The position numbers and the translations under genes were made by a program. The notes beneath the pieces were generated by a model that was given only the letters and a program-made list of their open reading frames with translations, ran no database searches and was not told the origin of the DNA. From a virus, in IMG/VR virus record IMGVR_UViG_3300045996_001613, positions 1 to 64,000 of that record: a DNA stretch of 64,000 bases, one strand, 5' to 3'. Shown here in pieces: positions 18,567-28,272 of the stretch (position 1 is its first letter; each line of letters begins with the position of its first letter).

Positions 18567-18747
18567 GGATACATCGTACCACATCTTACTATTGACCTGA
18601 ACGTGGATTTTTGGGGAATAAATTTGAAGGGTAGAGAGGGGATTTTCCGACCTTGCAACTTTTGCTACCCCACCCATACCCAGGCTCATGTAACCGCCGG
18701 CACATTCTCGAGATGTAACACGCGTATCAATTCCGTATATTGCGAAT

Positions 18748-18765
18748 TTGTGAACGGATTCACAA
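18748..18765. promoter_or_regulatory. Rex/CRP-type operator 1
   Basis: TTGTGAACGGATTCACAA. Confidence 0.7.
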
Positions 18766-18950
18766 CGGGCACCCTTGAAATGTGCGAGTCTCACGGTATG
18801 AACGAAATCAGCCAACAGAAAGGCACAGAAATTGCAAGCAAGCTCGCGGCGCACAATACCGCGGGTATATCGCCGCGTATCGCGGATTTCTCAGGATCTG
18901 GCAGGACTAACCATGTACGTACTACGTACGCGGGAGAAGGGAATATAGAC

Positions 18951-19607
18951 GTGTCTCAGGCAAGGCTTACTTTGGAGCTTGACTCCAAGGGTATCGCGAA
19001 AACTCCTGTTAAGTCTATTGATATAGAAGCATTTAAGTCTAACCTCATGAGCACATTCCGCAGTGCTACTAAGCAAGATGTATTGGATGGTCTTGCATGG
19101 TATGACACGGCTCTTGATTTCGTTAAGGCTCTTGCTGCTGGTAGCTCATATAGCATAGAGCAATGTGCTGCTGTAGTAGCAGCATGCAGCATGGGTACCA
19201 AGTGGGACGCTAATAAGACTATCGCAATTAAGGCTTTAGCAGAGCATAAAGCTAATAAGCCTATAACCGCGGGATGGGCGCACAAGAACAATATGTGTCA
19301 AGACATATTGGATGGTAAGCCTTGGGACGATACCCTTAAGGGTAAGACCGTGGACAAGGGTCACGGCAACAAGATCTATAACTTCTGCCTGAACATCTTG
19401 GGCGATGATAAGGCTTTCACTGCTGATATGTGGATGGCAAGGGCTGCATACGCAGACTGCATCAATGCTGATAAGGCAAGCGCCCCAAGCGGTAAGGTAC
19501 ATGATGCCATCTGTGAGGCAGGCAAGGAATGCGCCGATATCGTGGGTCTCGCACCCCGCAAATTTCAGGCCGCGGTGTGGGTAAGGGTAAGGGGTGAGGC
19601 TTATTAA
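18951..19607 (+). CDS. helical DNA-glycosylase-like phage protein (DUF7178-like; start uncertain)
   Basis: GLAWY, AAVVAACS...W..N, KI.NF..NI, T.D.WM.R, QAAVW. Confidence 0.6.
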   Translation: MSQARLTLELDSKGIAKTPVKSIDIEAFKSNLMSTFRSATKQDVLDGLAWYDTALDFVKALAAGSSYSIEQCAAVVAACSMGTKWDANKTIAIKALAEHKANKPITAGWAHKNNMCQDILDGKPWDDTLKGKTVDKGHGNKIYNFCLNILGDDKAFTADMWMARAAYADCINADKASAPSGKVHDAICEAGKECADIVGLAPRKFQAAVWVRVRGEAY

Positions 19608-19680
19608 GATAAGGGTATCAAGGGTATGAGGGTCATACCCTTATTGCACACAAGACTAGTGAACAAAGGAGATAAGGGTT

Positions 19681-22324
19681 ATGGTTATTGAGTTCTTTAT
19701 AACGGATGATACAGAAGGGATCGAGTACGGTCCGTTCGGCACCCCGCAAGAGGCTTATGATATAGATGTATCAATGGATATGTATAAGCCTGCAGTAGTA
19801 CGCCGGATAGATTGTGACTATCGTTCCGATGTTGAGGTAGACCGGGATGGGAATGATAAGCCTAGCTTAGACGCCCACTACGATAGGCTTAACGCTCGCG
19901 ATAGGGCTACGTACGGTATGAGCCCGCAGCAGATAGAGCGACACGACAGTATGTAACAAATGTATCCAGGGTGTAGCGTGCACCACGGCGTACGGGGCGA
20001 ACCCACTACACCCACTAGTAATAAGGGCTACGAGGTCAGGAGATAAGGGTATGTCCGCCACAACAGTCGAGGTCAAGAAGTACGGTGCATGCACCATCCG
20101 TATCAAGGTTACAGTGGTACGATGATAGCCTACAGGATCTATGAAGAAAGGGACGGGCAACTGTACCCACTGCAGCACAAGACACGCACCCCGGTACCCT
20201 TGAACGAATGGATGCAAGCAGACGTAAAGATGGCGCGTGATGGGTCAGGCAACAGATGGTACAAGGCGGGCTTCCACTCTGTACCTCGTATCGAAGATGC
20301 CGAGGCTTATATGCAGCATTTCAGGTCAGCCCGTCGCGAGAGGTTAAGGGTCGTCGAGGTCGAGGTTAGCAACACATGGAGCAAGGACCACTCGCCTGCC
20401 CCTGTGATCCTGTCGGAGTACATGTTGGTTAAGGGTATCGTAACTACGCAAAACACAGATTTCAATCCGAGGTCTCAGAGCTGTGATCTCGGGGAGGAGG
20501 CATAGCATGCTAGCGCAGGACGTAAAGCCTTTGGAGCGTGAGCTTCTGGACCACCTGTATCAGGTGTTGCTTGAAGCAGAGAACGATGAGCTACCGAACC
20601 CAGACCGGATACGCAAGGCACGCGCCGACTATGCCGCATGCGAGGAATGGTATGCAAGGAAGTACAGCGTAGACATGGAGGTTGCATCGTAATGCATGTT
20701 GCGAAGTACGAGATCAAGGCAGACGGGCGCAGGGTCGGCGTCGCGGATAAGCCTGATCAGGCCAGCGACGCGAGGAAGAAGTATCGCAACTATGGCTACA
20801 AGGTGGAGGTCAAGAAGTTCAGAGTGTGAACGAATTCACAGCGGGGGATAAGGGTAGGGCTTAGACTAGTGTCAACGGTAACGGAACGAACGGAGGACAG
20901 GATGCAGTACCTAGACCGGAACTACAGCAGCAAGGCCGCAGTCAAGAGGGCTCTGGCCGAGGGTGCCGAGATCAGGGTCAACGTGGTTGAGCCGCAGATC
21001 TCGGGCCGCAGCGTCAAGAGCAAGAAGTTCGGCACCGTGACCGAGCACACCGTCGCGGGTCCATGGTTTCCCCAGCCGCATAGCTGGTACGGCAACGTCC
21101 GCGTCAACGACGCGGGCCTCGTGGTCGAGGTCAAGTAATGGCGCAGACCGACGAGACCAAGGCGATCAAGGCAAAGGTACGGGCCGCGAAGCAGAATCTG
21201 CAGAAGGCAGAGAGGCTGATCCTCGACGCGGAAAAGGGCGAGGTCAGCGTGCACATCGGTAGCCTACTGGCCGCGGGATACGCGATGATGGCAACACACG
21301 ACGCGCAGGACGCGGAGCGCAACGCTCGCGGACTGCACGCGGCGACGGAGGACAGCTACCACGAGGAGGTCTCGGCGTAACGCCGGGACCTCTCTACCCG
21401 AAGGGAGCAGCAATGCCAGCCATCACCCCGGAGCAGATAGACCAGAAGTTCGGCGGACAGTACTCCGAGAACTACACCTTAGGCGTACGCCATGGGGTCA
21501 AGGCCGAGACCAGCGTAGTGCACGCGACCATCGGTCGCGCAGAGGACAACCTGTTCGCCACGACCGAGGCGCAGTGGGACTACCTCGACGGTTGGGTTCA
21601 GGGGCGCGTCGAGTGGGACGCGGCGGTTGAGGGCGATCAGGTCTACGAGCAGTATGCTCGGATGTTCACGGACGGCAAGTTCGACGTGACAGACATGGTG
21701 CGATTCTTCCTCGCGGACCTCGCGACGGAGGACGTGTACATCGCGATACCCGCGGCAGGCGACCCGTTCGCGGCTGCTCTGCGCGAGGCCGAGTGCGATA
21801 TGCTGGCTCTGTACCTCGACGACAAAATCACTGCCGACCAGTACCTCTATGCGAGGGGAGCGTAAGATGGAGCAGAAGTACGTCGTAGCCGAGCAAGACC
21901 CGAGCCTCAGCCCGAGCCGTGAACTCGGGCTGTCCTCCTCCGGTGTACGGATGGACCTGTACTCAGCCCTGTCGACGGCTGCGGAAGCAGCCCGCAGGTA
22001 CGGCACAGCACATGAGGTCCGCGTCGTGACCCGCGAGTATGACTCCGGCACGTTCGCGGTCGGGGCCAGCCGGTACACCGTCGACCCCTCGGAGGTCAGC
22101 GCATGAGCATGACTCTGACGGACGTACGCAACGCGGTACCAGCCATGACCGACGGCATGCTGGTGGAGCTATACTGCCAGTACAGCACCTTTGCCGACCG
22201 TAACCCTGACTCCGACGAGGGGCGATACAAGGCGAAAATGGAGATCGTAGACGCGGAGTCTAAGAAGAGGCACCGTCCACACGTGGACGCGAAGAAGGCG
22301 ACGAAGTGGGGGTATTGGAAGTGA
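19681..22324 (+). other. run of small hypothetical early genes (19681-19956, 20122-20505, 20507-20692, 20692-20829, 20902-21138, 21138-21380, 21413-21865, 21867-22106, 22103-22324)
   Basis: co-oriented, RBS-bearing, often translationally coupled ORFs. Confidence 0.65.
20825..20840. promoter_or_regulatory. Rex/CRP-type operator 2
   Basis: TGTGAACGAATTCACA. Confidence 0.7.
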
Positions 22325-23049
22325 ACATCGCAGTGCTATTCGACGGCGCAGGGCTCGCACGACTCGGGCTAGAGCAGGCGGGGCATACGTGCACCGGATA
22401 CGAGCTAGATCCGTGGAAGCACTACCTCTCGCAGTTCGTGGGCTCGGGGAATTCCGTGCTCGCGGACGTACGCGACGTGGACCTGTCCCCCTACGATGCA
22501 GTGTGGGCATCGCCCCCGTGCCAGTGGCACAGCAGCGCACGCACGCAAGGGGACCCGGTCTCGGGCTTCGCGACCGATCTCCTAGAGTGGTCTCTGAACC
22601 TCGACGTGGGTGTCCTGTGGGTGGAGAACATCATGAGCCAGACTGCCAGCCTCAATACGTGGGGCACCAAGTACAACGCGGCTCAGTTCCTATCCGTCCC
22701 CATCCAGAATCGCAACCGCATCGTCGGCGGTCACTATCGCGAGCCGTTTGTGTACGCGAGCTACCGGCGTACGTTCGCGGGGATCTGCCCCTGCATCACG
22801 GCCAGCGAGTACAAGGGCTGCGCCTCCGACACGCGCAGGGCGTCGCGCTACTACGGGCGTCGCCTGACTGTCGGGGAGTGTGCCGACCATCAGGGGCTCA
22901 CCATTCCCCCCGAGTGGCACACCGTACCCGAGGGATTCACGCCGGGACGTTGGAGGCAGAATCTCTACGAGGCGATTGGTAACGGGGTCCCCGTCTACAT
23001 GGCGCGTGGCTTCGGTGAGATGTACCCGGCGAAATCCAGGGGATTGTAA
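22321..23049 (+). CDS. DNA (cytosine-5) methyltransferase, short
   Basis: LFDGAG, SPPCQ, ENI, QNRNR, RRLT..EC...QG, IGNGV. Confidence 0.9.
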   Translation: MNIAVLFDGAGLARLGLEQAGHTCTGYELDPWKHYLSQFVGSGNSVLADVRDVDLSPYDAVWASPPCQWHSSARTQGDPVSGFATDLLEWSLNLDVGVLWVENIMSQTASLNTWGTKYNAAQFLSVPIQNRNRIVGGHYREPFVYASYRRTFAGICPCITASEYKGCASDTRRASRYYGRRLTVGECADHQGLTIPPEWHTVPEGFTPGRWRQNLYEAIGNGVPVYMARGFGEMYPAKSRGL

Positions 23050-23070
23050 CTGCCGGCACAAGCTCGAGAT

Positions 23071-23086
23071 TGTGAACGAATTCACA
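23071..23086. promoter_or_regulatory. Rex/CRP-type operator 3
   Basis: TGTGAACGAATTCACA upstream of a GATAAT -10 box. Confidence 0.7.
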
Positions 23087-23159
23087 GACAACGGTAGCCG
23101 AGTAGGAGATAATGCGGGAGCAATGAGAAGGACAACGACAAGGGGAGAGACATGTGAAC

Positions 23160-23466
23160 TCAGAGGGGCGAGCCTGACGGTCCTGACCCCAACAGGCGAG
23201 ACGGTCGGAGTACCAGACCGGCGGGGATGTGGGCGCGAGCCCGTGCATGAAAGAGAGCACACCCAGCGAGGGCCGCTGGTAAGGAGGCTCACATCCCCTG
23301 ATGGCGAGGCAGATACGGGCGCAGTGGTGCGAACGGCTCATGGGGCTGATCACCCCGGCAAGCCTAGTAGCACGGTGAAAATCCCACGGCTAACTGCCGT
23401 GCCGATGGCGACAATGGGGCTGATCACCCCGGAGTCGACCGGGAAAGCTGCGCCGGTATCTGCCCC
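23160..23466 (+). ncRNA. putative large structured RNA with twin UGAUCA-loop hairpins
   Basis: long helices 23223-34/23287-98 and 23308-24/23448-64; 19-nt repeat at 23340 and 23414. Confidence 0.65.
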
Positions 23467-23486
23467 GACCACGAATGGAGGAGCAC

Positions 23487-23669
23487 ATGAGACCGCCAGC
23501 ACGACATACGGTGGACGGGGTGCACAAGCGCACCGGGATGATAGTCACGGTGAAGCTGGGCTTCGCCTCTCACCGGGATGCGCACAACTACATAACCAAG
23601 CACCTGACCGAACTGCACGTCAGGGGAATAGACCCGGTGCACGTCGGGACGGACAGGACGGGCGCGTAA
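23487..23669 (+). CDS. small hypothetical protein inside ncRNA cluster
   Basis: GGAGGAG RBS; 60 aa. Confidence 0.55.
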   Translation: MRPPARHTVDGVHKRTGMIVTVKLGFASHRDAHNYITKHLTELHVRGIDPVHVGTDRTGA

Positions 23670-23738
23670 TGGGTTCGACGGGTGCAACGGGCGCGAGCGC
23701 CCAACACCCGGAGGAGAGTTCGATTCTCTCCGCGTCCA
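23660..23738 (+). ncRNA. mini-tmRNA (tRNA-like domain only)
   Basis: G3.U70 and A73 acceptor stem, stemless D-loop UAAUGGGUUCGA, helix 2a, 3-nt linker, T-arm. Confidence 0.8.
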
Positions 23739-23741
23739 CTA

Positions 23742-23872
23742 CGAGTCCCGGCATGGTACGGGAGAGACACGCTGAAACACCACGCACGGCCACTGCGGTA
23801 GTCATGACCCGCATGCTTTCAAAGTGTCTCTGGTTGAATATACGCGACTCTCCCACACCATGCCGGGGCTCG
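23742..23872 (+). ncRNA. putative structured RNA
   Basis: CGAGTCCCGGCATGGT pairs with ACCATGCCGGGGCTCG; nested helices. Confidence 0.55.
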
Positions 23873-23913
23873 GCTGTAGTCAACACCGACCGGGAGGTCT
23901 GACCGTGGACACT

Positions 23914-24750
23914 ATGGACCTGCACAACTGGCGTGAATGGAGCGCAGAGCAGTTCGCCCTCGACGCGGAGGCCGAGGTCTCCGAGGACGAGATAGCCGCG
24001 AGCTACGCGGCCACGAACCCCCACGAGGAGGTAGAGTAATGACCGGAGTACACGGCCCACTGGTCGTCCGCGAGGTCTGGATCGTCGGGCCAGTGATGTC
24101 GGAGTTCGTCGGCTTCATGAACCGCGTAAATTCCCGCATCAAGGTCGGCAGGATAGCCGAGCTAAATGGGTGGGAGGTATGGGATCGCGAGATAAACGAG
24201 ACACACGACACCTTTTGGCTGAGGGAGGCATCATGACCACCACGAGCATCGCGAAGGCCCGCCAACAACTCAAGCGGCAGTACCGGAAGATATCGACCGG
24301 CGTGCTCTATGGATGGATGGCCGTCTACCTCGTCGAGGACAACGAGTACATGTGCACCACAATCCGCGAGGTACTGCGGGAGAGGGGCGAGCAGATATGA
24401 TGCACCTAGAGTGGCATCTGGACAAGCTGAACGACGCGGCTAACGAACTAGCCCACAACGCCAAGCACCGCGAACTGACCGAGGAGGAGATCGTCGAGTT
24501 CAAGCAGGAGTTCACCGACCAGATCCGCAACCTGCAGGACGAGGTATCGTCCCTCGGAGGACACCTGACCGACGCGGTAAACGAACTGTACGAAATGCTG
24601 CCGAAGTGCGAACAGTGCGACGAGATCCTGACCGAGGACAACATCGCGGACACGGCAGACCTACGAGACGCGAAGGTCTGCGCCGACTGCCAGTACGACA
24701 TGGACCCCATGAACGACGTGAACTACGTCGGTCACCCGATGCACTACTAA
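23914..24750 (+). other. four small hypothetical genes (23914-24039, 24039-24236, 24233-24400, 24397-24750; last has Zn finger)
   Basis: coupled ORFs with RBS. Confidence 0.6.
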
Positions 24751-24751
24751 T

Positions 24752-24767
24752 TGTGAATTCGTTCACA
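24752..24767. promoter_or_regulatory. Rex/CRP-type operator 4
   Basis: TGTGAATTCGTTCACA, reverse complement of sites 2 and 3. Confidence 0.7.
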
Positions 24768-24830
24768 GATATCACGGCACAATTTGTTACACTTGAGGTC
24801 AACGGTAAGGACGATCAGGAGGTAGGCAAG

Positions 24831-25451
24831 ATGCAGTACAAGGTGGACCCGAAGATCCAAAAGCTCTGCGACGAGGGCGTGAAGTACATCGCGGAGTTCT
24901 TGGATCTAGTCGACACCCGCAAGCTGTACGAGTTCAAGATCCGGCAGTCTGATAGCGCACGCGCCATCCCCTGCGCGTATGGCAACTGCAAGTCTCCGCG
25001 TCGCTCGTCGATTCTCGGTGGCGGCAGCGGCCAGACCGCGGGATTCCGCATCTCAGTCTCCCTCAAGGGCAGCGACGACGATTTCCCGTGGGCTCCGGGC
25101 TCGTGGGGTCGACGGGGCTATCTCCGGCACGCGGGTGAAATCCACCACGGACATGTAGGCACTACGCTAGCCGAGCAGATGGTCTTCGTGTCCGGTCACG
25201 AGTTCCTGCACTACGCGGCCCTGTCGGGGCTGTGTCCGGTGCGATACAGCCAAGAGTACAACGCGGATCGGTTCGGATACGATATGATGCATTCCTTCCG
25301 AGAAGGCGTCGATCCGGTCTTCCTCGCGGAACACTTCGATACCAACATCTGCCACGACCCCGGACACTACGCGCATCAGGTGCCTACGCGAATCGCGCAT
25401 CAGCGAGCACCGTACGCGGCACTGCCCCCGACCATACGGAAGGGGATCTAG
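24831..25451 (+). CDS. zincin-like metallopeptidase
   Basis: HEFLH plus downstream E..AD. Confidence 0.55.
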   Translation: MQYKVDPKIQKLCDEGVKYIAEFLDLVDTRKLYEFKIRQSDSARAIPCAYGNCKSPRRSSILGGGSGQTAGFRISVSLKGSDDDFPWAPGSWGRRGYLRHAGEIHHGHVGTTLAEQMVFVSGHEFLHYAALSGLCPVRYSQEYNADRFGYDMMHSFREGVDPVFLAEHFDTNICHDPGHYAHQVPTRIAHQRAPYAALPPTIRKGI

Positions 25452-25553
25452 TGGCCGTCACGCTGATCGCGATGCTGTTCATCGCGGTGTTCATCGGGCT
25501 ACTGACCAAGCTGCCGGTAAGGTTCACCAACGAGTTCACAGGGGAGGACACCG

Positions 25554-26132
25554 ATGATTGATCCGATGAACGTCACCGACTTCGACCGCAGCGATGCAGA
25601 GCTAGAGGAGTTCTTTCTCTTCGCTGTGCTGGTCGCGAACAAGAACTCCGATAGGATGGCTCGGGCTCTGGATTTTCTGCTCCGGCAGGGTGAGCCGGGA
25701 GACTCCCCCTTTGACACGATCAGGCGCATGGTACTCGACGGCTCGATGCCCCTCCGCCTGATTCAGGCGAAGACCGGAGAGTATGGTCGACGCCTCAAGA
25801 CCCTGACCGAGGTCGCGACCGGCATGGTGCCAAACCTCCGCAATGCGGAGCCGGAGGACCTAGAGCAGATCCACGGCGTCGGGCTCAAGACGGCACGATT
25901 CTTCCTCATGCACAGCAGGCGCAACAGCCAGTACGCCGCGATAGACACTCACATCCTCAAGTACATGAGGGAGTTCTATGGGCACAAAGTTCCCAACCGT
26001 ACGCCCACCAACCGGGAGGAGTACCGGGAGCTAGAGGAATGGTTTGTCTTGCAGTGCGCCATCGAGGGCGTCACCCCCGCGGCGAAGGACCTAGAGGTAT
26101 GGAAGCTATACAGTGGGAGAGTAAGCGCATGA
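25554..26132 (+). CDS. HhH-GPD DNA glycosylase/AP lyase
   Basis: IHGVGLKTARFFL, AAIDTHILKYM, DL.VW. Confidence 0.8.
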   Translation: MIDPMNVTDFDRSDAELEEFFLFAVLVANKNSDRMARALDFLLRQGEPGDSPFDTIRRMVLDGSMPLRLIQAKTGEYGRRLKTLTEVATGMVPNLRNAEPEDLEQIHGVGLKTARFFLMHSRRNSQYAAIDTHILKYMREFYGHKVPNRTPTNREEYRELEEWFVLQCAIEGVTPAAKDLEVWKLYSGRVSA

Positions 26133-27856
26133 GCACCACGATAGACGGACAGAAGACTCGCGTCTCCATGGATGGCACGCTGCCCTCGGAGATAGAGGGT
26201 GCCGAGCACATCAGCACCCTGCGAGCCGGAGGACGTGGCCGCAGAACATGGTACCGGGCTCTGTACTACGTAGAGCAGGGGTACGTGGTCTACGACTACG
26301 CCTACCATGACCGGATGCCAGACGCGACAGTCGGCTGGCTCAAGGGATACATGGACCGGGAGACTGTGGGCCGCGAGCACGCGGAGTTCTCGGAGGCACT
26401 GACCGCGAGGGACGATGCGAAAGGGGGTGAAGAGTGAGCAGGATCACCGACCTCGTACTGACCGTAGTCCTCGGGCCACTGATTATCTACGGGATAGCCA
26501 CAACTGTAATCGAAATTCTTCTCTAGGAGGCTAGTGATGCAGGATACACAACCGTACCTCGCGACCGAGTGGGGAGGCCAGCAGTGGATTATCTTTGCGA
26601 AGGCGTACCCCCACGCGATGAATAAGGCGAACAAGGTAGGCATAGACCACAAGTATCTCCGGGAGATAGAGGAAGATGAGTATCCGGTCTCGTGGGACAA
26701 GGTCGGAGAGTACAGCTACCTCTCGTCGGGAAGTGCCGAGGTATGGCGCGTGTTCGACTACTGCCCCTTTGCTTCGACCCTCGACGGGTCACACCTGCCC
26801 GACGAGGAGCCGGGAGAGGTTGAGGGTGAGGACCTGACCCCTCCGTACATCAGCATGGGCTTGCCGGTCTTCCGCGTACGTGTGGAGCCCTTCGCAACCG
26901 GCGACGGATGGTCTGCCACTGTGCTGCTGTGGAAGAGAGAGGACGGCACGGGTCCGCAGGGCATGGACCCCGACGCGATACTCACGTCTCTCTCCAGTGA
27001 AGCGTTCTTCGCCTACCTCAACATCAAGCAGACCCTCGACAGCATGGGCGTGGCCGGGTTCATCGAGCCCGAGTTCGCACCACATGGATCACGCAAGGGG
27101 TTCTACAACATGGACTCCACGCAAGAGAGAATGCCACTCCAGGCACAAACCAATCAAGGAGGCAAGTAATGGCAAGACGAGAACTCGCGACCGCGATTGT
27201 GTCCGACACGATCCTGACCGTAGTCCGCAGGGACGTGGGCGACTACGCGCTAGAGATCGAGTACCCGAACGGGGATACCCTCAAGTACGGGTCCCTCGAC
27301 GTGCGTGATGTGTTCACCAGCATGGGCGACGAAGTGCGCCTGCTACTCCACAAGGAGGGGACGTTCAGCGAGGAAGAGAAGCACTTCCTCAAGATTATGG
27401 ACCGGCTTCCCGAGTCGGAGGAGGCGTGATGTACGAGGACCGTAGCGACTACGAGTTGTGCTCACTCTACTGCGACTACCACGAGTGGTTGGAAACAGGT
27501 AGCGATATAAAGCCCAACGTAAGGGAGAAATACGAAAACCACTTGGCCGAGATTATGCGAGAGATCGCACGTCGTTACAAGTGGGCGACGCAGACGGCAC
27601 ACTACAAGAAGGGGCAGTGATGGATTGCAAGCACCCCAAGGTGGCGCAGAGGTACGGCGTTACCGAACAGCCGCGGCACATCCCCGACGTGTTCACCGGA
27701 CTATGGCCGCAGTGGTACCAGTTCTGTACCCACTGCGGTGATCTGGTCGATGAACGGTGGGTACATCCCGACAAACTGACCGACGGGCAGTTATTCACCC
27801 TACTGATGAGCAATGCGGAGTGCGACGCTGTAGTACAACAATACGAGAGTCAATAG
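26129..27856 (+). other. hypothetical genes (26129-26437, 26534-27169, 27169-27429, 27426-27620, 27620-27856)
   Basis: co-oriented coupled ORFs. Confidence 0.6.
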
Positions 27857-28272
27857 TGGGAGGTAGCATGAACACCGTCGAGCAGGCGATACGTGCCAGC
27901 CTGACCCCCGAGCTATTAAAGCCGGAGTACCGGGGGTCAGACCGGCCATACGCGGGCCACTGCTACGTCGCGAGTGAGGCGTACTGGCATCTCCGTGGTC
28001 GCAGCCACGGCTACATCCCCCACCGGATCAAGCACGAGGGGTCGACGCACTGGTACCTCATGCGCCGCAACACCGGAGAGGTCATAGACCTGACCGCGGA
28101 GCAGTTCGAGACATCTGTTCCATACTCCGAGGGTGTGGGCTGCGGCTTCCTAACAAGCAAGCCGAGCAAGAGGGCACAGACCGTGATAGACCGGGTGCTA
28201 CTTCGCTTACTGATGCCCACTGTAGTACAATACGAGAGTCAATAGTAGGAGGTAACGTGAACACCATCGAGC
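27828..28272 (+). repeat. imperfect ~55-bp direct repeats at 27828-27883 and 28220-28272
   Basis: CTGTAGTACAA(CAA)TACGAGAGTCAATAGTRGGAGGTARCRTGAACACCRTCGAGC. Confidence 0.85.
27868..28245 (+). CDS. papain/transglutaminase-fold (YunG-like) protein
   Basis: GHCYVASEA, THWYL, IDLT.EQF candidate Cys-His-Asp triad. Confidence 0.6.
   Translation: MNTVEQAIRASLTPELLKPEYRGSDRPYAGHCYVASEAYWHLRGRSHGYIPHRIKHEGSTHWYLMRRNTGEVIDLTAEQFETSVPYSEGVGCGFLTSKPSKRAQTVIDRVLLRLLMPTVVQYESQ

Noticed and set aside
23391-23410. UAACUGCC resembling a tmRNA resume site, suggesting a split tmRNA coding piece
   Set aside because: Lies in a hairpin and the frame runs on with no short ALAA-type tag and stop
23296-23470. Hammerhead ribozyme (CUGAUG...GAAA)
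   Set aside because: Core reads CUGAUGG rather than CUGANGA and stems do not assemble correctly
22880-23902. 340-aa plus-strand ORF across the ncRNA cluster
   Set aside because: Overlaps the MTase and a better ORF, lacks an RBS, low-complexity composition; RNA helices explain the region better
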